This document shows, piece after piece, positions 35,279 to 45,193 of a DNA stretch of 64,000 nucleotides (the first letter of the stretch is position 1; every line of letters begins with the position of its first letter). The stretch lies in IMG/VR virus record IMGVR_UViG_3300035696_000014, positions 1-64,000 of that record; one strand, 5' to 3'. A program made the translations under genes and the position numbers. The notes under the pieces were generated by a model. It was given only the letters and a program-made list of their open reading frames with translations, made no database searches and was not told the DNA's origin. The stretch is from a virus.

Positions 35279-36071
35279 GGGTCGAACCTACAACCCCCGC
35301 TGCCGTCTTTACACGCTCGACCATCTCTTCGAACGTCTTCTCGTCCTTCTCGATGACGACGAACCGACGACCCAGCTTGATCGCGGCGAGAGCCGTGGTA
35401 CCCGAGCCCGCGAATGGGTCGATCACCCACTCACCTGGGTTGGTGTGGACCTCGATTGGGATCTCCATGACACGTTGCTGCTTCTGGGCGTCATGGACCT
35501 TGCCCCGCATGATCTCGGTGATGTCCATCCAGACGTTGGTGCGGCGCTTCCTCTCGTCGTGGGCCGGGTACTTCTTGTTGTAGCCCGGATAGCCCCTCAG
35601 CTGCTCAAGGTACGGGACGTGGAAACACCTGGGCTTCTTGGCGTCGCCCTTGCAGATGTACGCCAGCTCCTCACGGGTGAAGAGGTAGTTGTGCTGGACG
35701 CCGTACCCGCGCTTCTTCGACCAGGTGATGAGGTTTGCCACCTCTAGGTTGCGGTGTTTTTTCTCGACCTCGGCCAGGTACCGGAAGAAGGGACGGAACC
35801 GAGGTACCCCGACACCGCCCCAGACGTAGAAGGCACCGCCAGGCAACAGGATGTCAGTCCAGGCCCGCGTCCACTCCAACATCCAGCTGACGAAGTTCTC
35901 CTCGTCATCGCCGACCTGGTCCCACTTGGTGTTGCGAAGGATGTTGCCGTAGGGCGGGTCGGCGATGATAAGGGGCACGTCACCTGTCAGCTCGCGGACA
36001 CGCACCCGGGTCGCCGACTCAGCCGAGTCAGCGCAGATGCAGTAACCAGTGCCGACCTTCTCGATCTTCAC
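35184..36071 (-). CDS. DNA N6-adenine/N4-cytosine methyltransferase (beta class)
   Basis: DPPY, HDAQK, DPFAGSGTT; GTG start at 36071. Confidence 0.88.
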   Translation of the reverse strand: MKIEKVGTGYCICADSAESATRVRVRELTGDVPLIIADPPYGNILRNTKWDQVGDDEENFVSWMLEWTRAWTDILLPGGAFYVWGGVGVPRFRPFFRYLAEVEKKHRNLEVANLITWSKKRGYGVQHNYLFTREELAYICKGDAKKPRCFHVPYLEQLRGYPGYNKKYPAHDERKRRTNVWMDITEIMRGKVHDAQKQQRVMEIPIEVHTNPGEWVIDPFAGSGTTALAAIKLGRRFVVIEKDEKTFEEMVERVKTAAGVVGSTHDTSLPAEEPTPGPDSVRLFGDEADHRPDAS

Positions 36072-36880
36072 AGAACTTCGACGAGTCCCTGCAACGCGGG
36101 CTTGCCGTACTCGGCTGCGCCCACATGGCACTCGAGGTTGGGTGCGATCTGCCCGTCGTACTTGCCGTGCGTGTGGCCCGCCAGGACGGTGAACTTGACG
36201 TTCGGGAACGCCTTGGCAGCGTCCAGGAGCATGTCACCCATCATCTTGCTGGTGAACCACGGTGCAGCATTCCAGTCACCCTGCTTGCCCTCGTGGATGT
36301 GAGCTTGAGGCCAGGGCGGATAGTGGGTCAAGATGACCAGCTGCCGGTGGTAACGGACCGCCTGCTTGATCGAGTCATGGAGGTGAGTCACTCCCTCGTG
36401 GGCCAGCTTCCTGGCTTCAGCCACGATGGTCGACTTGGCTCCGTTGACAGCGATGAAGTCATGGATGGCGTGCCAGTCCGTCATGTCGAAAGTGCTGTTC
36501 TTCCACTCACCGTAGATCGCATCGTACCAGCCGTCATGGCCCAACACTGCGGTGGTGGGGGTCAGGGCAACGTACGGGATCGTCGGCAGGTACCGAAGAA
36601 ACGGGCTGGCGTTGGTCAGGGCCTTCATCTGCTTCCGGACGTCTTCGATGCGGGCACCGTAGTAGTCATGGTTGCCCAGGACGAAGTAGATGGGCCTCTT
36701 GGCGATGGTCTCCAACGCTCCCAAGTGGAACGCCAGCCTCTTGGCCACAGACAGGTCACCCGTCAGGAAGATCCCAGTCGGGCCGTCCTTGATCAAGCTC
36801 TCCCCGAACTGGATGATACGACGGTTGTCCTCGTTCAAGAAGTCGAGGTGGATGTCTGTTGCCCAAGCGTACTTGCCCAT
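36068..36880 (-). CDS. Metallophosphoesterase (CpdA/Icc-like)
   Basis: DIH, GD, GNHD, H, GHTH motifs. Confidence 0.88.
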   Translation of the reverse strand: MGKYAWATDIHLDFLNEDNRRIIQFGESLIKDGPTGIFLTGDLSVAKRLAFHLGALETIAKRPIYFVLGNHDYYGARIEDVRKQMKALTNASPFLRYLPTIPYVALTPTTAVLGHDGWYDAIYGEWKNSTFDMTDWHAIHDFIAVNGAKSTIVAEARKLAHEGVTHLHDSIKQAVRYHRQLVILTHYPPWPQAHIHEGKQGDWNAAPWFTSKMMGDMLLDAAKAFPNVKFTVLAGHTHGKYDGQIAPNLECHVGAAEYGKPALQGLVEVL

Positions 36881-36913
36881 GCGGTTGATCATACCGCACC
36901 CGAGCAGACCTGT

Positions 36914-37573
36914 TCAGACGTCGACCAGGGACTCGCGGAGGCTGGGCTCACCGTAGAGGTTCCGGAGCTTTTCCTTCAGCTCTACGTTGGTGTCGACGCC
37001 GTAGCGTTCCCGGTAGTACTTGAGCGTGTCGTGTGGCGATGCATTCTGGAGGTCATGGGCCTCGATCTCGTCGATCCTCAGGGCCATGTCGTCGGCAGTT
37101 GGGTGAAGCAGCTCCTCGTAGTCGGCCTGCGCAATCAACCGCTTGTGCAGACGTTCGGGGATGAGCCGCAGCATGTCGAGGTAGCACCTGCGATAGTGGT
37201 ACGCATCGCTCTTGAAGCACTTCTCCTTGAACTCCTCCGGAGGCTCCTCGGGCTGCTCATGCGGGCGTTCCTCGAGCCAGCGCTGCTGGACCAGGCCCGG
37301 GTCTGCCAGCCGGCAGTAGATGCGAACGTACCAGAACTTCTCCTTGTGCTGGCTGACTTTGATCGTCGAGATGTCCCGACCCACGTACTTCCGGGGTGCA
37401 TTGCACTCGGGCACCGTGTAGTTCAGGCGAGCGGCAACGAAGGCTGCCATGGGTCCGACCAGCTGGAAGTCTTCCTTGTTCTCGGTACAGGCGTCCATGG
37501 TGTGTCCTTGTTCAAAGCAGGTGAAGCACGTCTGGAGGTTGAACCCCGAGCACTGTTCTGTGATCGTCTTCAT
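36914..37573 (-). CDS. Hypothetical protein
   Basis: Start MKTITEQ coupled to the ligase stop; KEKF...RIY motif. Confidence 0.55.
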   Translation of the reverse strand: MKTITEQCSGFNLQTCFTCFEQGHTMDACTENKEDFQLVGPMAAFVAARLNYTVPECNAPRKYVGRDISTIKVSQHKEKFWYVRIYCRLADPGLVQQRWLEERPHEQPEEPPEEFKEKCFKSDAYHYRRCYLDMLRLIPERLHKRLIAQADYEELLHPTADDMALRIDEIEAHDLQNASPHDTLKYYRERYGVDTNVELKEKLRNLYGEPSLRESLVDV

Positions 37574-38358
37574 CCGAACATCCTGTCGTAGGCGCCGAGC
37601 TCGAGGCGGTTGGGGATGATGGGCCGGTCGTGCCAGTGTGTGTCCTGGTCGAGGATGGCGTTGGTGAACGAACCCCTGACGAACTTGTACCTGCCCAGGA
37701 TCTTGTCCTGGTCTTCCCACTTGATGTAGAGGCCCTCCATCAGGCGGGTCTGGTCTGTGTGGGCCCAGCCCTCGGTGGCGACGACACCCGCGGCTTCGGC
37801 AGCGTTGTTGAAGTTGAGCACCCACTCGTCGGAGATGAAGTTCGACCGTCCGATCATCGCTTCGAGCTCGTCGAGCTTCTTGAACTCGCCGACTGCCAGC
37901 ACCTTGACCGGGTGGACGATGTCTGACGCGAAGCGCAGCAGCTTGTCCCGAGCCGGGGTCGACAGGAAAGTGTTGGTCTCCAGGTCCAGGACGTCGAACT
38001 CCATGAAGTAGTGGGGCAGGGCGTCGTAGTACATCGTGTGCTTGGCGTACATCCACTCGCCGTACATGACGTAGCGAGTGTCCAGGATCTGCCGCAGCTC
38101 TTCCTGCCGGGCTGAGGCCCAGGTCTTCAGCAGGTCGAAGTGCCTCTCACGAGGACCACCTCGGAGGTAGTGCCCACGCGACTGGAGCAGGAGCTTGCCC
38201 GTCTCGTCGAAGCTGATGCCAGCGTTGGCGCCGTCGATCTTCTCCTCGATGACGAGCCGCTTGCCGACCAGCTCCTCCCAGGGAACCGCCTCGAGGTCGT
38301 GGTCGCCGTGTTGGAAACGGCTACCCCTGATGTGTTGGGTCCGCGGGTACTTGTACAT
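37570..38358 (-). CDS. ATP-dependent RNA ligase family protein
   Basis: KYPRT, EEKIDGAN, YGEW, FD, EGLYIK, YKFV. Confidence 0.85.
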   Translation of the reverse strand: MYKYPRTQHIRGSRFQHGDHDLEAVPWEELVGKRLVIEEKIDGANAGISFDETGKLLLQSRGHYLRGGPRERHFDLLKTWASARQEELRQILDTRYVMYGEWMYAKHTMYYDALPHYFMEFDVLDLETNTFLSTPARDKLLRFASDIVHPVKVLAVGEFKKLDELEAMIGRSNFISDEWVLNFNNAAEAAGVVATEGWAHTDQTRLMEGLYIKWEDQDKILGRYKFVRGSFTNAILDQDTHWHDRPIIPNRLELGAYDRMFG

Positions 38359-38608
38359 GACGCTCCTCGAGAAGCTGCAGGACAGTCTTCTCTTGACTGT
38401 ACCACGTTTTGAACTCGCTTTCACTCATGCCCAACCACTCGTGAGCCTTGACGTTCTGGTCGACGGGCTGACGTCGTTGCCAGTCCTCGTAGTCCTTCAT
38501 GACCTCGCCCTCTTCGGCAGTGCCGTGCTCGAGGCGGTCCATGAAGTCGGTCCAGTCGTGGTAGTTGTAGTCCGGCAAGAACGCTCGGCCTGACTTGTTC
38601 GTCTTCAT
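38321..38608 (-). CDS. Hypothetical protein
   Basis: HEWLGMSESEF motif. Confidence 0.55.
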   Translation of the reverse strand: MKTNKSGRAFLPDYNYHDWTDFMDRLEHGTAEEGEVMKDYEDWQRRQPVDQNVKAHEWLGMSESEFKTWYSQEKTVLQLLEERHVQVPADPTHQG

Positions 38609-38943
38609 CGGTCCCTCCTGCCCCTCTGCCGGCCCTGCGCAGCTCGTTCCTGTCGGATCTGCCGCGCCTCGGGCTTGTTGGGGATGTGCTCTCGCTTCGC
38701 CAGCTCCTCTTTGAGCTGGGCGATGGTGACTTCACTGAGCTCCTCCCAGTGGCCACCGATCAGGTCGGCGTCGACCGTGGTGACGGTGTCCTCTTCTTGG
38801 ACCTCGTCCTGGTCGGGGTACGGCGTGCCGGTGATGTCCTCGATGATGCCCGCCATGTGGCTGCCGCGGGCACGGGTCATCCGCAGCGCCTTCAGCAGCA
38901 GGCGAGTGTGGAGCTTCGGGAGAATGGCGGCGGTGACGGTCAC
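38605..38943 (-). CDS. Hypothetical protein
   Basis: C-terminal REHIPNKPEARQIRQERA; start uncertain. Confidence 0.5.
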   Translation of the reverse strand: MTVTAAILPKLHTRLLLKALRMTRARGSHMAGIIEDITGTPYPDQDEVQEEDTVTTVDADLIGGHWEELSEVTIAQLKEELAKREHIPNKPEARQIRQERAAQGRQRGRRDR

Positions 38944-39311
38944 TCTGGGATCTCCTTGAGGATGTTCACCGCAGCCTGCACGGCCAGGCGGTGGGTCCGC
39001 TGCATCGAGCACTCGTCGCTGCCCATCCCGCCACACGGTCCGTCGGGGTACGCGCACCAGCTGTCGTGGCCCGGTGATGCTGCAACGAGGTCCGCTAGGG
39101 CCTTGCGCAACCGGGTTCGCGGGCTGTCAGCTCGGACGGTCATCTGGCACCACCATACCACGGCCGACGCAGAGATGACACACCCAGTGGCCCTGCTTCT
39201 TGCGCCACCCGTGTATCATCCCTTCTCGACACGCGAACTTGCGGAGCTTGCGGCAGATGGGGCACCTCTTGCGAAGGCCATGGGTGCCCCTCTTTGCCGC
39301 CGAGCCCCTCA

Positions 39312-40295
39312 TCAGAAGTTCCCGGGCGCGACCTGGAAGCAGTGGAGGCCCATCTCGCGCCAGTTGTCGACGACCTGGTTCCGGTCGTCCAGCACGAAGA
39401 GGATGTTCCACTTGCCCTTGATCTCGTTGTCGAACATCTCGCGCTTGATGATGGCATCCTTTCGCATGTCACCGGTCTTGCGCATGTGGAGCTCGTACGG
39501 GATGCCAGGCAGGTGCTCTGCCAAGAACGTTTCCGTCGGCGCGCGGTACTTCTCCTCGCGGCCCGACGTGAACAGGATCTTGACGTCCTTCGCACGGCCC
39601 TTGGGAGCGACCGAGCAGAGGTAGGCGTACATCGCCTTGATGCACTCGACGACGGGCCGGTTGGGCGGGTCCTTGTCGCAGTTGGTCGCGTCGTAGGGCG
39701 ACCGGCCGTTGAGCAGGGACGTCGTCCCGTCCAGGTCGCAGTCGATGGTCGTCAGGAGGTTCGGGTCCTCCTGGTAGACCATGCCGTTGTCGCCACTGCC
39801 GCCCGGAGCCCAACGGGGCGGGTAGTAGGACTCCTTGTCGTTGAGCTTGCGGCCCTTGTCGAGGCCAGCGCCACGGGCCATGTCCTTGATGACCTTCTCG
39901 CCGACCTTGGCAAAGCCCTCGCGGCCTGCATCACGAGCGATGCAGGTCTCGACGCTCTCGTTGATGGCCATCTCGATGACCTTGATGTCACCGATCGACA
40001 TCGCCAGCTCGTGGAGCTTCTTGACCGTCTGCGGCACCAGGTGGGTGTCGTCGAAGATGACGTCGAAGCCCTCACGGATCGCCTGGCGAGCCAGCTCGTT
40101 CTTGAAGTTGCGGACCAGGTCCTCCCGCTCGTTGCGGTTGCCGCCGTACGGGTTGTTGCCCGGGCCGACGACCATCGACCGCAGGTCGTCCCGGTTGATG
40201 CGGACGAAGCGTCCCGGCTCCTTCTTGATGAGCTCGGCCGCCTTCCGCGACTTGCCGCAACCCGGCAAGCCTCGCATGATGATCATCGTTCGCAT
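39312..40295 (-). CDS. Polynucleotide 5'-kinase/3'-phosphatase (T4 PseT-like)
   Basis: GLPGCGKS, NRDDLR, DLDGT, SGR, DDRNQVV. Confidence 0.92.
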   Translation of the reverse strand: MRTMIIMRGLPGCGKSRKAAELIKKEPGRFVRINRDDLRSMVVGPGNNPYGGNRNEREDLVRNFKNELARQAIREGFDVIFDDTHLVPQTVKKLHELAMSIGDIKVIEMAINESVETCIARDAGREGFAKVGEKVIKDMARGAGLDKGRKLNDKESYYPPRWAPGGSGDNGMVYQEDPNLLTTIDCDLDGTTSLLNGRSPYDATNCDKDPPNRPVVECIKAMYAYLCSVAPKGRAKDVKILFTSGREEKYRAPTETFLAEHLPGIPYELHMRKTGDMRKDAIIKREMFDNEIKGKWNILFVLDDRNQVVDNWREMGLHCFQVAPGNF

Positions 40296-40816
40296 TACCC
40301 TCTCCTAAGTTTCTCGAGCTTCCTCTGCGCCTCAGCGAGTTCCTTCTCGGCCTCGACGACGGCAACCTTCTTCCAGTACGCTTCGTTCTTGAGCTTCTCT
40401 TCTTGCCGCTTCAGACGGGCCTTGGCGACACGCTCTTTCTGGTCAACGACCTTGACCTCGTGGACAACGAACTCGATGAGCTCGGGGACCGGGGCATTGG
40501 GTCGCTCGTTCGACAACGCGGTGATCTTGCCTTGTGCTGGTCCCTTCGTCGTCCACAGCCGACCGTCAGCGAGCTCCTTGACCCAACCGCTGCGGCGCCC
40601 ACCCTGAGCGTACGTTCGGTAGTACTCGCCTTTGTCGTTGCGGACCATGTAGAAGGTTGCCAGCACGGGCTTGGGCGCAGCGTGGTGCCTGTAGGCGCAG
40701 CCACAGAACCCATACCTGTTACCGGGTTCCCAACACGCGTAGCCGACTGCTTCAGCGTCCCGGTGGCTCGCCATTGGGTGCTGGCACTCTGGGCAGAAGT
40801 GGGGCGCCTCACTCAT
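40295..40816 (-). CDS. Hypothetical protein with N-terminal Cys/His cluster
   Basis: Leaderless start after GTGCAA-N18-TAAGGT. Confidence 0.6.
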   Translation of the reverse strand: MSEAPHFCPECQHPMASHRDAEAVGYACWEPGNRYGFCGCAYRHHAAPKPVLATFYMVRNDKGEYYRTYAQGGRRSGWVKELADGRLWTTKGPAQGKITALSNERPNAPVPELIEFVVHEVKVVDQKERVAKARLKRQEEKLKNEAYWKKVAVVEAEKELAEAQRKLEKLRRG

Positions 40817-40856
40817 GCCCCAGACCTTATCTCAGGCCGGGACGGGTTTGCACTAT

Positions 40857-41348
40857 TCATTTCTCAGTGACGAGCGTACCAAAGACACGGTCCCAGACGA
40901 ATGACACGATGCCGAAATTCTTGTCCATGTTGGAGTGATGAATGAAGTGCAACCGTCGCAGCTTCTGGTAGGTCCGGAGGTGCATCAACGGGTGGCGCCT
41001 GACATGGAAGCTGTCATGGACCCAATCATTAAGGAACCCAAGAGTAGCGACGCAGGTACCCAAGACGGCTAGCATCCACCAAGGCCAGTGCAGGCTCCAG
41101 ACAATCAGAGCCGCAGACCCCATGAGGACCAACAACGGTGGAGTGAAGAGCAACAATCCGTTGTTGTACCACTTGGGAAACCTGTACCGGTCACTGGTCA
41201 GTTTTCCTGGTGGGTACTGTGTCAAGTGGTGGTCCATGTGAGCCCGGTGCAAGACCCACGTCCAACGCTGGTGCAGGGCCCAGTGTCCAAGATGGCCAAC
41301 AAGGCTCGCAACGATTAAGGAGATGATGAGAGTCAGCAAAAAGAGCAT
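40857..41348 (-). CDS. Fatty acid hydroxylase / sterol desaturase superfamily membrane protein
   Basis: HWALH, HMDHH, HDSFH, HFIHH, NFG...WDRVFGT. Confidence 0.85.
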   Translation of the reverse strand: MLFLLTLIISLIVASLVGHLGHWALHQRWTWVLHRAHMDHHLTQYPPGKLTSDRYRFPKWYNNGLLLFTPPLLVLMGSAALIVWSLHWPWWMLAVLGTCVATLGFLNDWVHDSFHVRRHPLMHLRTYQKLRRLHFIHHSNMDKNFGIVSFVWDRVFGTLVTEK

Positions 41349-41396
41349 GGGCAGCTCCTCCCAGATAAGCTATGTATGCTCTCGCCAGCTGCCCAT

Positions 41397-42353
41397 TCAC
41401 CCGTGCAGGCGCAGGTACCGCTCGGTCAGGTCCACGTTGAACCGGTCGATCGCTGCACGATCGGGCTCCTTTCGGAGCGTCGATGTAGCGTACAGCTCTT
41501 CGGCCCTCGCCTCGAGCTTCTCAGCCGCCTCGACCAGAGCATCGTAATGGAGCAGCCCGTTACGGATGCCCATCAGGTACTCCCGCTCCGGTCCCGTCCA
41601 CTTGACGTGGACAGTGTGCTTCTCCAGGATCTCGATGCCCATCATCTCCAAGCGCATCAAGTGCATGCCGTGCTTGGTGTCGTACCCGAACTTGGCCTCG
41701 AGCTGAGCCCTCTTCGGGTTCCGCGTCTTGACCCAGTTGAGGTACTGGTCGTAGTGGGTCTTCGCCGCCTGGTATGCCTTCTCCCTGGTGAACAGGGTGA
41801 CGACGTTCTTGGGCAGCTCGACCTCCAACAGGCCCTGCTCGTGGAGGCTGTCAAACGCGCCGAGCTCGCCCTTGCTGACCTTCATTGTCTCGGTCAACCC
41901 GAACTCCTCACGGGTCGGCGGCGCCTTCGGCGGCTCAAGCAACCACTTGCGGTGCGTCTTGATCCTGTGCAGCTGTGCGTTGGCATAGCCCGCGAAGGTG
42001 AACTTCGCCTTCTTGGACAGGAAATCGTTGGCGCGGGCACGCAGCTCCTCACCGAAGCTGTCGATCTTGATGATGTCGGTCGGGTCGACGTGCAGCACCT
42101 CGATGATGTTCGGGTTGCAGTCCGCCGCCAACGCGCAGAACTTGTCGACAGAGTAGACGACCTTGTCGATGCCGTCGCTCTTGGAGCCCATGTGCTCCAT
42201 CTGTTCGAACTTCTGGGTGAAGCCGAAGTACGCTGCGGCGGGCTTGATGCAGACGCCCTTGAAGTCCTCATCGGACTCCGGCGTGTTCAGGCCGTAAGCG
42301 TGGCTACCGTGGCGGACCAGCAGGATGGTTCGTGCGTCAACATCGAAGTTCAT
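41397..42353 (-). CDS. Pol-beta nucleotidyltransferase (RlaP-like)
   Basis: GSHAYGLNTPESDED, NPNIIE, GYDTKHGMHLMRL. Confidence 0.85.
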   Translation of the reverse strand: MNFDVDARTILLVRHGSHAYGLNTPESDEDFKGVCIKPAAAYFGFTQKFEQMEHMGSKSDGIDKVVYSVDKFCALAADCNPNIIEVLHVDPTDIIKIDSFGEELRARANDFLSKKAKFTFAGYANAQLHRIKTHRKWLLEPPKAPPTREEFGLTETMKVSKGELGAFDSLHEQGLLEVELPKNVVTLFTREKAYQAAKTHYDQYLNWVKTRNPKRAQLEAKFGYDTKHGMHLMRLEMMGIEILEKHTVHVKWTGPEREYLMGIRNGLLHYDALVEAAEKLEARAEELYATSTLRKEPDRAAIDRFNVDLTERYLRLHG

Positions 42354-42388
42354 AGCCTGCTGATCCTACCACGGGTAGGGCCAGAGGT

Positions 42389-42856
42389 TCACTTTTGGGT
42401 GACAGTGACTTCGATCTTGCGAGACTTGGCCTCGGGCTTCTTCGCGAAGGTCAGCGTCAGGACGCCGTCCTCCAGGTGAGCCTTCGGGTTCGCTGAATCG
42501 TAGTCTTGGCGGACGAGCCACGAGTACGCTTGCAGGCGGTCCCCTCGCTTGGCTTGCACCGTGACCTCGTTGCCCTGGATCGATACGTCCAGGTCAGACA
42601 GCTTGACGCCCGGGAGATCAACGCTGATCTCCATCTTCTCGTCGTCGGCCCTCACCGTGTGAGAGCGCTGGGACACCGCCGAGAGCGGCATCGCTTGGCG
42701 GCTGGTGAAGAACAGGTCGGTGTTGAAGAGGTCATCGAACACGTCGTTCATCTCGTCCAGCAGGCCGAACGGTGTCAGGCCGTGTGGGCGGATCCGCTCG
42801 CGGCGAGCGATGGGGTTCGTGGGGGTGTGCTTGACGATCTGGGTGTTCTCGGACAT
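42389..42856 (-). CDS. Small heat shock protein (Hsp20)
   Basis: DLPGV and AHLEDGVLTLT. Confidence 0.85.
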   Translation of the reverse strand: MSENTQIVKHTPTNPIARRERIRPHGLTPFGLLDEMNDVFDDLFNTDLFFTSRQAMPLSAVSQRSHTVRADDEKMEISVDLPGVKLSDLDVSIQGNEVTVQAKRGDRLQAYSWLVRQDYDSANPKAHLEDGVLTLTFAKKPEAKSRKIEVTVTQK

Positions 42857-42950
42857 GGTCTTGGTCTCTCCTTCCTTACCACCCGTTTGGGTGGCCGAGG
42901 AGGAAGATAGTACCGGTTCGTCCGGTCGTACAGGCCCCTTGTGCACTTTT

Positions 42951-43343
42951 TCAGTAGCCATTCTTGATGCGCTCGACGTTGGTTCTGCCCTTGTCGAGGT
43001 AGGCCTTGACCAGCTCCCGACGAGTGATGCCGCTGGCGATGACGAGTTCCAGGTACAGGTGGAGCGCATCGACCAGCTCTTCCAGGTACGCCTCACGGTC
43101 CACTTCCGGGATCTCTGTCGCCCGGTGAGACTTGGCGTTCTTCAGGTGCTGGCCCGCTTCGAACAGCTCCTCCATGAGGTGGTTCCTGATGTCTTTCAGG
43201 AACTGCTGGCCCTTCTTGGAAGTCAGGTCGGTCGGGAAGTCCGGGAAGTTGCGCTTTTCCTTGAGAAGGTACATGAAGTCCTCCTGCTGGTCCCACATCT
43301 CCTCGAGCTCGTTCCGCTTCGGAACGCTTGGACCCATGTTCAT
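42951..43343 (-). CDS. All-alpha dimeric NTP pyrophosphatase (dUTPase_2 / T4 gp56 dCTPase-like)
   Basis: EELFE, EELVDALH, YLDK...NVERIKNGY. Confidence 0.75.
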   Translation of the reverse strand: MNMGPSVPKRNELEEMWDQQEDFMYLLKEKRNFPDFPTDLTSKKGQQFLKDIRNHLMEELFEAGQHLKNAKSHRATEIPEVDREAYLEELVDALHLYLELVIASGITRRELVKAYLDKGRTNVERIKNGY

Positions 43344-43422
43344 CGGCTCGTCTTCTCTCACGTCAAACCCCTCGCCTGGGAAGACCCAGGACAGCACTAG
43401 CAAGGCGCAGACGATGACCCAC

Positions 43423-43698
43423 TCAAGCGTTGTCACCGCCGCCATTGCCCGGAATGATGAACTTGTTGCCCTTCGTCTTGGCTTGGATCTCTCGAGCCTG
43501 GGACAGCAGCTTCTCGTGCATCTCCCTGACCTGCTTCTGGTACTCTGGACTCAGCACCAGTACATTCGGGTCTGTCTCGTCGTGGATGACGCGGATCTGG
43601 CGCAGCAGGTCGCTGCAATCGACCCCCGTCAGCATCGCTTCTTGGACGATCTGCACCACTCGGTGCCAGATGCTGTCCGCAAACTTCATCTCTTCCAT
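43423..43698 (-). CDS. Hypothetical protein
   Basis: VQIVQEAMLTGVD...LRQI; short helical protein. Confidence 0.6.
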   Translation of the reverse strand: MEEMKFADSIWHRVVQIVQEAMLTGVDCSDLLRQIRVIHDETDPNVLVLSPEYQKQVREMHEKLLSQAREIQAKTKGNKFIIPGNGGGDNA

Positions 43699-43718
43699 GG
43701 GTAGCCTCAGGCGGGATC

Positions 43719-44336
43719 CTACAACGCCCGCAATCGCTTGATACTGTCCCTGACGTCTTCTCCCGGCGTCGAGGGGCACTCGTTGCCAACACAGGTCCAT
43801 CCTGGGAGGTCTCGCCTGGCAAACAGCTCCAGCTTGTTGGCCTCCGGGAACATCACGTCGAAGCTGGAATGAAGGTGTTGGGGCTTCCGAGAGTGACCCA
43901 GGTTCGGGTAGAAGCAGACGCTCCGTTGGGAGTGGTCCTCCAACGACTTGTAGACGCTCTTGCCTGATGCACAGATCAGCGCTGTCTCGTGGGTCTGCCG
44001 GAACAGCCGCCCCATGCCGAAGGCCAGACACTGGTCAATGTACTCCATGTCATCTGGGATCTTCTTCTTGGTCTTGACCCAGATGAAGTTCTGCTTCAGC
44101 TTGAAGCCCCATGACTTGTAGACCTCGATACCTGACTCCATGAAGCTGCCCGGCACCCACAGGCCCAGCACGCAGCCCGCCGGGTCTGCAAGCGAGGCAA
44201 CGTCAAGGTCGATGATGTCCTTCATCGTCATGACGCCATAGTTGGCTGCCGCACCCCTCTTGGTCGGTGCCTTCATCTTCGCCAGCTTGTCGTCAAACGA
44301 CCAGGGCGGGTCGGCGATGATGACTTGGAACTTCAT
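43719..44336 (-). CDS. MT-A70 family adenine methyltransferase
   Basis: ADPPW, WGF, WVK, HSRKP, LELFAR. Confidence 0.9.
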   Translation of the reverse strand: MKFQVIIADPPWSFDDKLAKMKAPTKRGAAANYGVMTMKDIIDLDVASLADPAGCVLGLWVPGSFMESGIEVYKSWGFKLKQNFIWVKTKKKIPDDMEYIDQCLAFGMGRLFRQTHETALICASGKSVYKSLEDHSQRSVCFYPNLGHSRKPQHLHSSFDVMFPEANKLELFARRDLPGWTCVGNECPSTPGEDVRDSIKRLRAL

Positions 44337-44986
44337 CGGTGGTACGCTTCCTGACACGGCTCGTTGAAGGCCGCGTGGCACACCGGACAGTTGCTGTTTG
44401 GGATCATGTTCATGTTGCTCAGCAGGGCCAGGATGCTGTCATGGACATCGTCGATGCTGTCGTGGTTGTCGACAAGGACATGGCCGGGCCAGTTCATGCC
44501 CGCATTGCGGTACAGGATCCTGACCTTCGATTGGAGATCGGTGTCTCGCTCGTAGCTGTCATCAGCCTGCTTTCGCTTGTAAGACGTCCCAGACAGGACC
44601 AAGACGACATCAGCTCGTTTGGCTCGGTTGAACATCCACTTGTTGAGCGACTCGTTGATGCCCTCGGCTGAGCCGTAGACCCAACCCGACAGGGCCCACC
44701 GGTCCAGGATGACGATCTCGTTCTCCTCGAGCAGCTTGGGCAGCTTGAAGACCTGGAAGTAGATGCGGTTGAGGAACTGGACGAACTGGAACGTGTTGGG
44801 ATGGCGCTTGGCCGCTCCCGATTCCAGCATCGAGTAGATCAGCTTGCGTCCGCGAGGGTGAGACTCCTTGGTGGGCTCGACCCTGATGGCCTTGACGCCC
44901 AACTCTACGAGCGCCGCGGCGAGGCGCTTGGACTGGGTCTCCTTGCCGACTTTGTCAGGCCCCTCGAAGACGACTAGCTTGCCCAT
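44333..44986 (-). CDS. tmk: Thymidylate kinase
   Basis: FEGPDKVGKETQ and LDRW. Confidence 0.88.
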   Translation of the reverse strand: MGKLVVFEGPDKVGKETQSKRLAAALVELGVKAIRVEPTKESHPRGRKLIYSMLESGAAKRHPNTFQFVQFLNRIYFQVFKLPKLLEENEIVILDRWALSGWVYGSAEGINESLNKWMFNRAKRADVVLVLSGTSYKRKQADDSYERDTDLQSKVRILYRNAGMNWPGHVLVDNHDSIDDVHDSILALLSNMNMIPNSNCPVCHAAFNEPCQEAYHR

Positions 44987-45159
44987 TAGATGCACCTCAA
45001 CACGATCTCGGTAATGGTCAGCGGGTGGTCGACATCAACTGGCTCCCCTGCTTTGACCCGTTCGACCCAGTCCCGTAGCCGTTGAGCAGTCTCACTCGAC
45101 AGCTTGCTCTCGGCGAGGATGTCCTCAGCTTGCTTGATGAAGAGGGCCGTGTTGTCCAT
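44986..45159 (-). CDS. Small hypothetical protein
   Basis: MDNTALF start after GTGAAC-N18-TAGGAT. Confidence 0.5.
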   Translation of the reverse strand: MDNTALFIKQAEDILAESKLSSETAQRLRDWVERVKAGEPVDVDHPLTITEIVLRCI

Positions 45160-45193
45160 GTCTCCCCATCCTACCCCTGTTCTGTGACCCAGT

